A stretch of 64,000 nucleotides of DNA from Gammaproteobacteria bacterium (GTDB taxonomy: Bacteria; Pseudomonadota; Gammaproteobacteria; Poriferisulfidales; GCA-002705445): contig JAQWPG010000009.1 in assembly GCA_029268385.1 (NCBI GenBank), positions 6,077 to 70,076 on the forward strand, written 5' to 3'. Positions 21,640 to 31,095 of the stretch are shown in pieces. The position numbers and the translations under genes were made by a program. The first letter of the stretch is position 1. The number at the start of each line of letters is the position of its first letter. The notes beneath the pieces are model-generated. The model had not been told where the DNA came from and did not search any database. It worked only from the letters and a program-made list of their open reading frames with translations.

Positions 21640-21645
21640 TTATAG

Positions 21646-23457
21646 ATGTCGGAGATTGATAAAGATTTAATTAGAAATTTTTCTATAATAGCCCATATTG
21701 ATCATGGAAAATCTACTTTAGCAGATAGATTTATACAGATATGTGGTGGTTTGTCAGAAAGGGAAATGAGTTCGCAAATTTTAGATTCCATGGATCTTGA
21801 AAAAGAGCGTGGCATTACTATAAAAGCTCAAAGTGTTAGATTATATTATAAGGCATTAGACGGAAGAACCTATCAATTTAATATAATAGATACACCTGGG
21901 CATGTTGATTTTTCATATGAAGTTTCAAGATCGCTAGCGGCGTGTGAGGGAGCGCTTTTAGTTGTTGATGCTTCTCAGGGTGTTGAAGCACAAAGTGTTG
22001 CTAACTGCTATAAAGCTATTGAACTTGATTTAGAGATTCTCCCAGTATTAAATAAAATTGATTTACAATCCGCAGATCAAGATACAGTTAAAAATCAAAT
22101 TAAAGAAATTATTGGTATTGAAACTAAAGATTCTGTAGGTGTAAGTGCAAAAACAGGCATTGGTGTAGAAGATCTTCTGGAATCAATTATAGATAAAATT
22201 CCACCTCCTAGAAAATCAAGCAGTACAAAATTAAAAGCGCTCATAATAGATTCTTGGTTTGATAATTACTTAGGTATTGTCTCTCTAGTTAGAGTAATGA
22301 ATGGATCTCTTCATTTAAAACAAAAAATTAAATTAGCATCAACTGATGCAGTTTACCAAGTAGAAGAACTAGGATGTTATTCACCAAAAAAAAATAAGTT
22401 AAAAGTAATTAATGAGGGAGAAGTTGGGTATTTGGTAGCTGGAGTCAAAGACATTGCGTCTGCAAAAGTTGGAGATACTGTTCTGCTATCTGACGACATT
22501 GATAGCGAACCACTTGATGGGTTTAAAGAGATTCAACCAAAAGTTTTTGCAGGTTTATTCCCAATCAATAGTGATGATTATAAAGATTTTAGGGACGCTT
22601 TGGAAAAACTTGAGCTTAATGATTCGTCGTTCGACTATGAACCCGAAACATCAAAAGCCTTAGGCCATGGATTTAGATGTGGTTTTTTAGGCATGCTACA
22701 CATGGAAATAATACAAGAAAGATTAGAAAGGGAGTATAAGCTAGACTTAATTTCCACATCTCCAACAGTTATCTATAAAGTAATTCAAAAAAATGGAAAA
22801 ACTATTAATGTTGATAACCCAAGCTCTCTTCCAGACCCATCAAGTATAGAAGAAATTCATGAGCCAATAATTTCTGCATCTATGCTAGTACCTAATGAGT
22901 TCATCGGAAACGTAATAACACTTTGTGAACAGAAAAGAGGAAAGCAGATAAAAATCTCGTACGCAGGCGGCCAAGCACTTATAGAATACTATCTCCCATT
23001 AAACGAAGTTGTATTAGATTTTTTTGACAAGTTAAAATCTTGTACTAAAGGATACGCCTCATTTGATTATTATATTCATTCGTTCGAGCAGTCTGACTTA
23101 CAAAAATTAGATATATTAATAAATAGTGAAAAAGTTGACGCGTTATCTTTAATCGTACACAAATCTAGATCTTTAAGTATTGGCAGGAAACTTGTAAATG
23201 GAATGAAAGATGTTATACCAAGACAAAACTTTGATATAGCTATTCAAGCAGCAATTGGATCACAAATAATATCAAGAGCAACCACTAAGGCTTATAGAAA
23301 AGATGTGACAGCAAAATTATATGGCGGGGATGTAACAAGAAAAATGAAATTACTTAAAAAACAAAAACTAGGAAAAAAAAGAATGAAGCAGGTTGGTAAA
23401 GTAGAGTTGCCACAAGAAGCTTTTATGGCAGTTTTAAAAATTGATACAAATGATTAA
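21646..23457 (+). CDS. lepA: Elongation factor 4
   Basis: 603 aa. ...[20 protein letters not shown]...[16 protein letters not shown]... with GTPase motifs, and the LepA-specific C-terminus. Confidence 0.95.
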   Translation: MSEIDKDLIRNFSIIAHIDHGKSTLADRFIQICGGLSEREMSSQILDSMDLEKERGITIKAQSVRLYYKALDGRTYQFNIIDTPGHVDFSYEVSRSLAACEGALLVVDASQGVEAQSVANCYKAIELDLEILPVLNKIDLQSADQDTVKNQIKEIIGIETKDSVGVSAKTGIGVEDLLESIIDKIPPPRKSSSTKLKALIIDSWFDNYLGIVSLVRVMNGSLHLKQKIKLASTDAVYQVEELGCYSPKKNKLKVINEGEVGYLVAGVKDIASAKVGDTVLLSDDIDSEPLDGFKEIQPKVFAGLFPINSDDYKDFRDALEKLELNDSSFDYEPETSKALGHGFRCGFLGMLHMEIIQERLEREYKLDLISTSPTVIYKVIQKNGKTINVDNPSSLPDPSSIEEIHEPIISASMLVPNEFIGNVITLCEQKRGKQIKISYAGGQALIEYYLPLNEVVLDFFDKLKSCTKGYASFDYYIHSFEQSDLQKLDILINSEKVDALSLIVHKSRSLSIGRKLVNGMKDVIPRQNFDIAIQAAIGSQIISRATTKAYRKDVTAKLYGGDVTRKMKLLKKQKLGKKRMKQVGKVELPQEAFMAVLKIDTND

Positions 23458-24340
23458 ATATTTTTTAATAGCTTTATTATTTTTTAGTAATGCGCACGCT
23501 AGCGATATTATCAATATAACTTTCCTTGGAACCGGCACACCTAGACCAGATATTAATAAGCTTGGACCTTCAGTATTAATAAAATATGCTAATGAAGAGT
23601 TGTTGCTTGACGTTGGAAGAGGTTCCGCATTAAGGATTAATCAAATTGGGAATGATTTCTCAAAAATTAGTAATATTTTCATTTCTCATATGCATTATGA
23701 CCATATTATTGGAATTGCTGATTTGTGGTTAACAAGTAATTTATGGCAGAGAAAAAAAGATATTAATATTTTTGGACCAAATAGCATAAAATCATTTTGT
23801 GATAATTTAATGAAGTCATATTCAGAGGATATTAAATATAGATACAAAGAAAATAATTATTCTAAATTAAATTGTTTGAAATTTTCAGAAAGAAATCACA
23901 AGTCAAATAATATAGAAATAATTGAATTTACAAACAATCATGGTCATATTGATAACTCATATGGTTTTAAAATAAACTATAAAAATAAAAGTATTGTATA
24001 CTCTGGAGACACAACATACTCTGAAAACGTTATAAAAAATTCTATGAATGCAGACATATTAATACATGAAGTTATTGCTGCTTCACCTAAGATATACGAA
24101 AGCAACCACAAGTTGAAAAAAGTTTTTAGTACACATACCAGCATTGAGCAGCTAGTAAAAATACTTAGTTTATGCAAGCCTAAATTGACTATATTAAATC
24201 ATGCGTTATTATTTGGTATCAGCGAAGAGAGGGTTCTCTCAGAAATTAGGAAAAATTATTCTGGGGATGTAATTTTTTCTAGAGATCTAATGTCTGTAGA
24301 CTTAGGCGAAGAAATTAATATTTTTAACATTGGGAAATAA
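23450..24340 (+). CDS. Secreted metallo-beta-lactamase-fold hydrolase (RNase Z/ElaC-like HxHxDH motif)
   Basis: ATG at 23450 overlaps the lepA stop (ATGATTAA). Signal peptide [17 protein letters not shown], then ...[14 protein letters not shown]... and downstream His/Asp ligands. Confidence 0.7.
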   Translation: MIKYFLIALLFFSNAHASDIINITFLGTGTPRPDINKLGPSVLIKYANEELLLDVGRGSALRINQIGNDFSKISNIFISHMHYDHIIGIADLWLTSNLWQRKKDINIFGPNSIKSFCDNLMKSYSEDIKYRYKENNYSKLNCLKFSERNHKSNNIEIIEFTNNHGHIDNSYGFKINYKNKSIVYSGDTTYSENVIKNSMNADILIHEVIAASPKIYESNHKLKKVFSTHTSIEQLVKILSLCKPKLTILNHALLFGISEERVLSEIRKNYSGDVIFSRDLMSVDLGEEINIFNIGK

Positions 24341-24345
24341 TAAAA

Positions 24346-25170
24346 ATGTCATATAGTTTAGATTTTACGAAACCAATAATTATGGGTATTTTAAATGTAA
24401 CACCTGATAGTTTTTCTGATGGGGGCTCATACCCATCTTCTAAATCAGCGGTTGACAAGGCTATGATAATGGTTGAGCAAGGTGCATCAATAATAGATAT
24501 TGGTGGTGAGTCTACTAGACCAGGATCTGAGAGAGTTTCACCAATCGAACAAAAAAGAAGAATCATAGATGTAATATCACAATTAAGGATTAATTTGCCT
24601 GAAGGTGTAATTATTAGTGTTGACACAACATCTTCAGAAGTAGCAGAAGCGGCAATAAGCCTTGGCGTTGAGATGATAAATGACGTTAGTGGGGGGAAAG
24701 ATGATGATAATATGATGGCTTTAGTCGCTAAACATAATCTTTATTATTGTATAATGCATATGCAAGGTTCTCCAAAAACAATGCAAGACAACCCAACTTA
24801 TGACAATGTAATTTCTGATATAGTCAAGTTTTTAAACCTTCAAGCTGATAGAGCAGTCAATTTAGGAATTCAAAAAGAAAAAATTATTTTAGATCCAGGA
24901 ATAGGCTTTGGAAAAAAAACAGAACATAATCTAGATATTTTAAAAAATTTAGACGTATTTGCAAATCTTGGTTACCATACTCTCTTAGGCACAAGTAGAA
25001 AAAAAATATTTAGCGAAGTATCTAGTAATAATAATCCAGAGGATAGAGTTGCAGGAACGTGCGCAACGTCAGCATTGGGAGTGATATCAAATATTAATAT
25101 TTTCAGAGTCCATGATGTTTGGCAAAACAAGCAGGCAATAGATATTGCATTTGCAATTAAGAATAGCTAG
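24346..25170 (+). CDS. folP: Dihydropteroate synthase
   Basis: 274 aa. ...IMGILNVTPDSFSDGG...GASIIDIGGESTRPG...HMQGSPKTMQ... are the pterin-binding domain signatures. Confidence 0.9.
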   Translation: MSYSLDFTKPIIMGILNVTPDSFSDGGSYPSSKSAVDKAMIMVEQGASIIDIGGESTRPGSERVSPIEQKRRIIDVISQLRINLPEGVIISVDTTSSEVAEAAISLGVEMINDVSGGKDDDNMMALVAKHNLYYCIMHMQGSPKTMQDNPTYDNVISDIVKFLNLQADRAVNLGIQKEKIILDPGIGFGKKTEHNLDILKNLDVFANLGYHTLLGTSRKKIFSEVSSNNNPEDRVAGTCATSALGVISNINIFRVHDVWQNKQAIDIAFAIKNS

Positions 25171-25230
25171 CCCTTACAATTGCAATATGTTATGTTTTAA
25201 AAATATATCTAATTAACCATTTAAGAAATT

Positions 25231-25569
25231 ATGACTGAAGAACTATCTAATAAAAAATGTATCCCTTGTGAAGGTGGAATACCTGCTTTTGATTTAGACC
25301 AGATTAATAATTATTTGAAAAAAGTTGATAATTGGTCTGCAAAAGAAGACGAGAAGAGCAATTATTATTTAATTAAAGAGTTTGCCTTTAATGATTTTGT
25401 AAGTAGTCAAAATTTTGTTAACAAGGTTGGTGATATTGCTGAATCAGAAGGACATCACCCAGACATATCTTTTGGCTGGGGTTATGCAAAAATTAAAATA
25501 TATACGCATGCAATTAATGGTCTTGCGGAAAGTGATTTTATTTTAGCTTCAAAAGTTGACAAAATTTAA
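25231..25569 (+). CDS. phhB: Pterin-4a-carbinolamine dehydratase
   Basis: 112 aa. ...EGHHPDISFGWGYAKIKIYTHAINGLAESDF is the PCD/DCoH signature. Confidence 0.85.
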   Translation: MTEELSNKKCIPCEGGIPAFDLDQINNYLKKVDNWSAKEDEKSNYYLIKEFAFNDFVSSQNFVNKVGDIAESEGHHPDISFGWGYAKIKIYTHAINGLAESDFILASKVDKI

Positions 25570-25635
25570 ACAGAACAATATTTTGCTCTGAAAGCACTAG
25601 TAATAATTTAGATAAATAAAAAAAATAATTTATAA

Positions 25636-26307
25636 ATGGAAGAAATTTTATACAACGCCACGTTTATATCAATATTGCAAATTATTGCTATAGATATTAT
25701 TTTAGGTGGTGACAATGCAATTATTATTGCCCTTGCGTGTAAGAATCTTCCAGAAAACAAAAGAAAACTAGGGATATTCTATGGCGCCATGGGAGCTATC
25801 GTTTTAAGAGTGATAATGGTTTTTTTTGCAACATCACTTTTAATGATTTCTGGTCTAAAGATTGCAGGTGGAATCCTTTTACTTTGGATAGGAGCTAAAC
25901 TTATTCTTGATAATAATAAAGAGAATATTATTAATGTGAGTCAAGAAAAAAATTTAATAGGTGCAATAAGAACTATAATAATAGCGGATTTTGTTATGAG
26001 TTTAGATAATTCAGTGGCAATTGCAGCTGCGGCTGATGGCAATATGTACCTCGTATTATTTGGTTTATTGCTTAGTGTCCCAATAATAATATGGGGAAGT
26101 AGTTTTATTTTAAAACTTATTGATAAATTTCCAATAATTATCTATCTTGGGTCTGCGTTATTAGGTTGGATTGCAGGTGATATGATTTTAACAGATATAT
26201 TTATTTCCGAAAATTTTAAGGGGATTAGTAATCATAGCATTCTACCTATTTTGGGAAGTCTGTCTGTATTAACTTTTTGTTTTTTATATAAAATAATTAA
26301 GAAATAG
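25636..26307 (+). CDS. TerC family integral membrane protein
   Basis: 223 aa with 6 or 7 TM helices and paired ...GGDNAIIIA... / ...DNSVAIAAAA... motifs typical of TerC/YjbE. Confidence 0.8.
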   Translation: MEEILYNATFISILQIIAIDIILGGDNAIIIALACKNLPENKRKLGIFYGAMGAIVLRVIMVFFATSLLMISGLKIAGGILLLWIGAKLILDNNKENIINVSQEKNLIGAIRTIIIADFVMSLDNSVAIAAAADGNMYLVLFGLLLSVPIIIWGSSFILKLIDKFPIIIYLGSALLGWIAGDMILTDIFISENFKGISNHSILPILGSLSVLTFCFLYKIIKK

Positions 26308-26312
26308 TTTGA

Positions 26313-26897
26313 TTATTGTAACGGCAGATTTTTTACATCTTTCATTAAATACCTATTTACATATTTGAAAAATTCTTCAAACGGTGTGCCAGGCATAAAA
26401 ATCTTTTCAACATTATTATCTTTATTAAGCAAATACATATTAGCAGTATGATTAACAGTGTAGTTTTCAACTTCATCTTTATTTTGGTAGCTATAATAAA
26501 CATGGTACTGGTTCGAAACATTTTCAATTTGATCTTGTGTGCCTGTTAAGCCTATTATTCTTTCGTCAAAAAAAGCTAAATAGTTTTTCAATAATTCGGG
26601 CGTATCTCTAGTAGGGTCTACGGTAATAAAAATTGGTTCAATATTCTTTGACAAGCCATCAAGTTTATTTAATAAACTAGAGACCTCTGAGAGAGCCGTA
26701 GGACAAATATCTGGGCAGTTCAAAAAGCCAAAAAATACTATTTTAATTTTAGATGATTGCGAAAGGGTGTAGATGTTGTTATTTTGATCTTTGAGAGTAA
26801 AGTCACCTCCAATTTCAGCGTTTGCATAATTACATAATGTTAAAACATATATTAAGAATATATACTTAATGTATTTTCTTAAGTTTAAAATTTTCAT
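26313..26897 (-). CDS. SCO1/SenC family copper chaperone (periplasmic, thioredoxin fold)
   Basis: Internal ATG at 26897 with the RBS aaagggg upstream. Signal peptide, then FFGFLNCPDICPT CxxxC motif. It is divergent from mtoX. Confidence 0.8.
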   Translation of the reverse strand: MKILNLRKYIKYIFLIYVLTLCNYANAEIGGDFTLKDQNNNIYTLSQSSKIKIVFFGFLNCPDICPTALSEVSSLLNKLDGLSKNIEPIFITVDPTRDTPELLKNYLAFFDERIIGLTGTQDQIENVSNQYHVYYSYQNKDEVENYTVNHTANMYLLNKDNNVEKIFMPGTPFEEFFKYVNRYLMKDVKNLPLQ

Positions 26898-27017
26898 AAT
26901 GCGCCCCTTTTTTATCTCAATATAGTTAATTATCACAATATTAGACTATAATTATAATTAATACGAAAGCTTTAGATGTCATTGATGCGAAAGCTGTCAA
27001 TATATTGTCTTATAGCC

Positions 27018-27046
27018 TTGACGTTAAAGCTTAATCGTTCATAATA
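27018..27046 (+). promoter_or_regulatory. Candidate sigma70 promoter for mtoX: TTGACG, 16-17 bp spacer, CATAAT
   Basis: Seen in the sequence about 40 bp upstream of the mtoX ATG. Two CGAAAGCT direct repeats lie just upstream, at 26964-26971 and 26988-26995. Confidence 0.35.
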
Positions 27047-27081
27047 CAATATTCAAGAACTATAACGAATGAGGAAAAGCT

Positions 27082-28437
27082 ATGCATTTAAGAAAGTTTG
27101 GAGTTTCAATACTTGGAGCAATTTTACTAGCAATAAGTTCAGTAACTGTTGCGGATGAGACATGCATGTCTCCATATATGGCTAAAATTGTAGGTCAAGA
27201 AGACTACGTTTATGTTTGGACTTTGGGTGTTGAAGGCCTTGGTGACGAACAAGACAAGCTAGTTACAATCGATGTTAATCCTAAATCAAAAACTTACGCT
27301 AAAGTAGTAAGTGTGCTTTCAGTTGGCGGTAGAAACGAAGCTCATCATTCAGGCTTAAGTGATGATAGGCATTATCTATGGGCTGGCGGATTAGATAGTA
27401 ACAAAATTTTTATCTTTGACGTTCACTCAAACCCAAGAAAACCAACCCTTCATAAAGTTATTACAGATTTCGTTGAGAAAACAGGCGGAATCGTAGGCCC
27501 ACATACATTTTATGCGCTACCAGGCAGAATAATGGTATCTGGCTTATCAAATAATAAAGATAATGGTGGTAGAACAGGACTTGCAGAATACAACAGCAAG
27601 GGTGAATTTATTGCTACACATTGGCTACCAACAGACGGTGATCTTAGAGGAGCTAAGAAGGAAGGTCAATTTGCTGATGGTTATGGATATGATGTTCGTG
27701 TTCAACCAAGAAGAAATGTAATGCTTACATCTTCATTTACAGGCTGGTCTAATTATATGATGGACTTTGGTCAAATGTTACAAGATGGAGAAGCAATGAA
27801 AAGATTTGGTAATACTATGGTTGTTTGGGATCTACACACAAGAAAACCTAAGAAAGTTATCGATGTCCCAGGAGCACCTTTAGAAATTAGATGTGCATGG
27901 GGAGCGAATAATAATTATTGCTTTACAACAACAGCTCTAACTTCAAAAATTTGGTTAATATATGAAGATGATAATGGTGAATGGCAAGGTAAAGCAGTAG
28001 CAGATATTGGTGATGCTTCAAAAGTTCCTCTGCCTGTAGATATCTCTATAACAGCTGATGATAAAGGACTTTGGGTTGATACATTTATGGATGGTAAAGC
28101 AAGATATTTTGATATTACTGATCCATTTAACCCAGTGCAAAAATTTGAAGAGCAGATAGGCTCGCAAGTTAATATGATATCTCAAAGTTGGGATGGAAAA
28201 AGAGCTTACTTCTCAACATCTCTTTTAGGTAATTGGGATAAAACAGGAGAAGCAGACGAGCAATGGGTCAAATTGTATGCTTGGGATGAAGATAAATTAT
28301 CTTTAACACACAAGTGGACAATTGATTTTTATAAAGAAAAACTTGGAAGAGCACACCAAATGAGATTTGGTGCTTATTCTTTATATTCAAGTAAAAATCA
28401 AAACAAAGGAAAAGACATAACATTATTAGATAAGTAA
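27082..28437 (+). CDS. mtoX: Selenium-binding protein 56 family, periplasmic. Candidate Cu-dependent methanethiol oxidase MtoX.
   Basis: 451 aa with a signal peptide. It aligns to SELENBP1 along its length (...LVTIDVNPKSKTYAKVV...EAHHSG...IFIFDVHSNPRKPTLHKVI...DVRVQPRRNVMLTSSF...YFSTSLLGNWDK...). It is flanked by SCO1 and MauG-like genes, as in described mto loci. Confidence 0.85.
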   Translation: MHLRKFGVSILGAILLAISSVTVADETCMSPYMAKIVGQEDYVYVWTLGVEGLGDEQDKLVTIDVNPKSKTYAKVVSVLSVGGRNEAHHSGLSDDRHYLWAGGLDSNKIFIFDVHSNPRKPTLHKVITDFVEKTGGIVGPHTFYALPGRIMVSGLSNNKDNGGRTGLAEYNSKGEFIATHWLPTDGDLRGAKKEGQFADGYGYDVRVQPRRNVMLTSSFTGWSNYMMDFGQMLQDGEAMKRFGNTMVVWDLHTRKPKKVIDVPGAPLEIRCAWGANNNYCFTTTALTSKIWLIYEDDNGEWQGKAVADIGDASKVPLPVDISITADDKGLWVDTFMDGKARYFDITDPFNPVQKFEEQIGSQVNMISQSWDGKRAYFSTSLLGNWDKTGEADEQWVKLYAWDEDKLSLTHKWTIDFYKEKLGRAHQMRFGAYSLYSSKNQNKGKDITLLDK

Positions 28438-28467
28438 TTTATTAATTTCTTACAAAGTGTTAAAATT

Positions 28468-28496
28468 AAGGCTAACTTGTGTTAGCCTTTTTTTTA
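28468..28496 (+). terminator. Rho-independent terminator after mtoX
   Basis: Stem AAGGCTAAC, loop TTGTG, stem TTAGCCTT, followed by a T8 run. Confidence 0.6.
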
Positions 28497-28499
28497 TTT

Positions 28500-28540
28500 G
28501 AAACTTACGAAACTTACGAAACTTATGAAACTTATGAAAT
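28500..28540 (+). repeat. Tandem 9-bp repeat (GAAACTTAC/T), about 4.5 copies, spanning the start codon region of the downstream gene
   Basis: GAAACTTAC GAAACTTAC GAAACTTAT GAAACTTAT GAAAT. It is in frame and encodes (KLT)(KLT)(KLM)(KLM)K. Confidence 0.8.
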
Positions 28541-29241
28541 ATATATTAATTATGTTTGTTGTTATTAGTTTTACTCAAAAAATATCTTATGCAGATAACG
28601 ATATAAAAAAAGAGAGAGAAAAAATTAAAAACGAAAGAAATAGTTTGGCAATTGGCTGGAGAGATAATCTTGGATACGAATTACCAAAACCAGGGTCTTA
28701 TGATCTTTATAACATAAGAATTTCTGGTGATGGGAAAATCATTGACGAAAATGGAAAAGAAAATACTTTACATAATTTAATGGATGGGAAAATAACCTTA
28801 TTAAGCTTTATTTATAGTAATTGTACAGATACAAATGGTTGCCCATTAGCAACATCTGTATTCTATAAAATACAGGAAAAAATTAAAAAAGATAATAAAT
28901 TATTATCAAGTTTGAAAATGATAAGTTTAAGCTTTGATCCAGAATACGATACTCCGCAAATAATGTCGCTGTATGGTAAAGATTTAAGTTATATTAAGGC
29001 AAACTGGGATTTTCTCACCACATCTTCACTTGAAAACCTAGATCCTATACTTAAAAGCTATGACCAACCAGTAATTAGAAAATATAATGAAGATGGTAGC
29101 TATGATGGCGTTGAATCACATTTGCTTCGTGTATTTCTTATTGATGATAAAAAACTTATAAGAAATGTGTACAATGTTGACTTCCTGCATCCAGACCTAT
29201 TGATAAACGATATAAAAACTCTATTATTAAGTAATGAGTGA
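28525..29241 (+). CDS. SCO1/SenC-like thioredoxin-fold protein (variant C-x5-C motif), periplasmic
   Basis: Signal peptide MKLMKYILIMFVVISFTQKISYA. ...LLSFIYSNCTDTNGCPLATSVF... resembles the SCO motif region. The start is ambiguous among TTG 28498, ATG 28525 and ATG 28534 because of the tandem repeat. Confidence 0.55.
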   Translation: MKLMKYILIMFVVISFTQKISYADNDIKKEREKIKNERNSLAIGWRDNLGYELPKPGSYDLYNIRISGDGKIIDENGKENTLHNLMDGKITLLSFIYSNCTDTNGCPLATSVFYKIQEKIKKDNKLLSSLKMISLSFDPEYDTPQIMSLYGKDLSYIKANWDFLTTSSLENLDPILKSYDQPVIRKYNEDGSYDGVESHLLRVFLIDDKKLIRNVYNVDFLHPDLLINDIKTLLLSNE

Positions 29242-30568
29242 GAATTTCTTCGATAATAAAATACAAAAAATAGCAAAGGTTCTAATATTAATTTTATTTT
29301 CTTGCAATATATTCGCGGGCGATGATATTGATAGTTACTTGGGTCCTGGTGACAACAAGGAAGGTTATGATTCAAAAAATTATACAACTAATTCAATAAG
29401 TCTTGATGATAGAAAAGGAAAAAAAGCAGACTTATTGCAATATGTAACAATAAAACAATTAGGATTGCCTGAATTAATCATTCCTGAAAATAATAAAATT
29501 ACAAAAGAAAAAATTGAATTGGGTAAAAAACTTTTCTTTGATAGAAGATTGTCTTTAAATAATACAATGTCTTGCGGTATGTGCCATGTGCCGGAACAAG
29601 GTTTTACAAATAATGAAATTAAAACAGCTGTAGGGATAGAAGGTAGGTCCAATTTAAGAAACACACCAACAATTCTCAATGTTGCATTTAACAAATTTTT
29701 ATTTCATGATGCGCGCGAATTTTCATTAGAGAATCAAGTTTGGCAACCAGTATTAGCTCATTCTGAAATGGCAATGCCGTCATTTGGCTTCACTATCAAA
29801 AAATTAGAGCTAATACCAGGCTATAAAGAAATGTTTGATAATGCATTTCCGGGCGAGGGCATTAATATGGAAACTTTTGGAAAAGCGATTGCAAGCTACG
29901 AAAGAGCACTAGTATCTGCTAATTCGTCTTTTGATAAATGGTACTTTGGAAAAAATGAAGAAGCTGTAAATGATAATGTAAAAAAGGGTTTCGAAGTGTT
30001 TGTTGGAAAAGGAGGATGTTCAAGTTGCCACCAAATAAATAAAAATGAAGCCTTATTCTTTGATAATAAGCTTCATAATACTGGTATTGGATATGCAGAA
30101 TCTATGGGTGTTTTAAAGAAGATTAAAACTAAAGTTCAGTTGGCGCCAGGAGAATATGTAGAAGTAGATAATGAAATTATAAATAGTGTAAACCAGCAAA
30201 AAAGAAACAATGATTTAGGCTTGTATACCATTACTGAAAATCCAGAACACAGGTGGTTATTTAAAACCCCAAGTCTTAGAAATGTATCTTTAACTGCACC
30301 TTATATGCATAACGGTATTTTTGGTACTCTAGATGAGGTAATTGACTTTTATAATGGCGGTGGATTTAGTAACGAATTACTTAGCCCAATGATAAAAAAA
30401 TTGAATTTAACCAAAGATGAAAAAAATAATCTAAAATATTTTTTAGAATCTTTAGTTGGTGATAATATAAATATTTTAGTAGCTGATGCATTATCTACTC
30501 CTGTTGGAGATTTGACGAAAGATGATCCAAACTGGGCAAATGAGAATGATATGGGGTATAATAAATAG
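29234..30568 (+). CDS. Di-haem cytochrome c peroxidase family protein (MauG-like)
   Basis: 444 aa. Signal peptide and two CxxCH motifs (CGMCHVPEQGF, CSSCHQINK) with spacing and length typical of bacterial CCP/MauG. Confidence 0.85.
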   Translation: MSENFFDNKIQKIAKVLILILFSCNIFAGDDIDSYLGPGDNKEGYDSKNYTTNSISLDDRKGKKADLLQYVTIKQLGLPELIIPENNKITKEKIELGKKLFFDRRLSLNNTMSCGMCHVPEQGFTNNEIKTAVGIEGRSNLRNTPTILNVAFNKFLFHDAREFSLENQVWQPVLAHSEMAMPSFGFTIKKLELIPGYKEMFDNAFPGEGINMETFGKAIASYERALVSANSSFDKWYFGKNEEAVNDNVKKGFEVFVGKGGCSSCHQINKNEALFFDNKLHNTGIGYAESMGVLKKIKTKVQLAPGEYVEVDNEIINSVNQQKRNNDLGLYTITENPEHRWLFKTPSLRNVSLTAPYMHNGIFGTLDEVIDFYNGGGFSNELLSPMIKKLNLTKDEKNNLKYFLESLVGDNINILVADALSTPVGDLTKDDPNWANENDMGYNK

Positions 30569-30569
30569 C

Positions 30570-31085
30570 ATGAAAACAACATCTTGCTTCTTTTTGCCAA
30601 TATTATTTCTACTATTAGCATCCTGTGCTGATGTTAAAGAAAGTCCTATGTTAAAAGTAGATGGTGGAAAATATTCAAATTTTAATTTGCCAAACCTAAA
30701 AGGTAAATATATTAGCTCAAATGATTTTAAAGGTAATTACGTTTTGGTTAACTTCTGGGCTACATGGTGCGCCCCTTGTGTTAAAGAACTTCCTTCTCTC
30801 AATAGTCTTAATAGTGAATTTAGTAATAGTAAAAATTTTAAAATGGTTGCTATAAATATTGGGCAAAATAAAGAAGTTGTAGAGAAATTTTTTGCTGACA
30901 AATCTACTCAAATTAATTTTACAGTTCTTCTTGATGAAAATATGGAGCTTTCAGAATGGAGTGTTCAAGCAATACCAACTACATTTTTAATTAATGACAA
31001 AGGTAAAATTATTTATAAAGTAGAGGGAGAGAAAGAATGGGACAGCCCTGAGTTTGTCTCATTTATAAGTTCTATTATTAACTAA
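30570..31085 (+). CDS. TlpA-like thiol-disulfide oxidoreductase lipoprotein
   Basis: ATG at 30570 with the lipobox LLLASC. It carries the WATWCAPCVKE thioredoxin active site and abuts the end of the MauG-like gene. Confidence 0.8.
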   Translation: MKTTSCFFLPILFLLLASCADVKESPMLKVDGGKYSNFNLPNLKGKYISSNDFKGNYVLVNFWATWCAPCVKELPSLNSLNSEFSNSKNFKMVAINIGQNKEVVEKFFADKSTQINFTVLLDENMELSEWSVQAIPTTFLINDKGKIIYKVEGEKEWDSPEFVSFISSIIN

Positions 31086-31095
31086 AAAAAATAAA

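Noticed and set aside
28500-28540. Possible CRISPR-like array
   Set aside because: Only a 9-bp simple tandem repeat with no spacers and no cas genes. Not a CRISPR.
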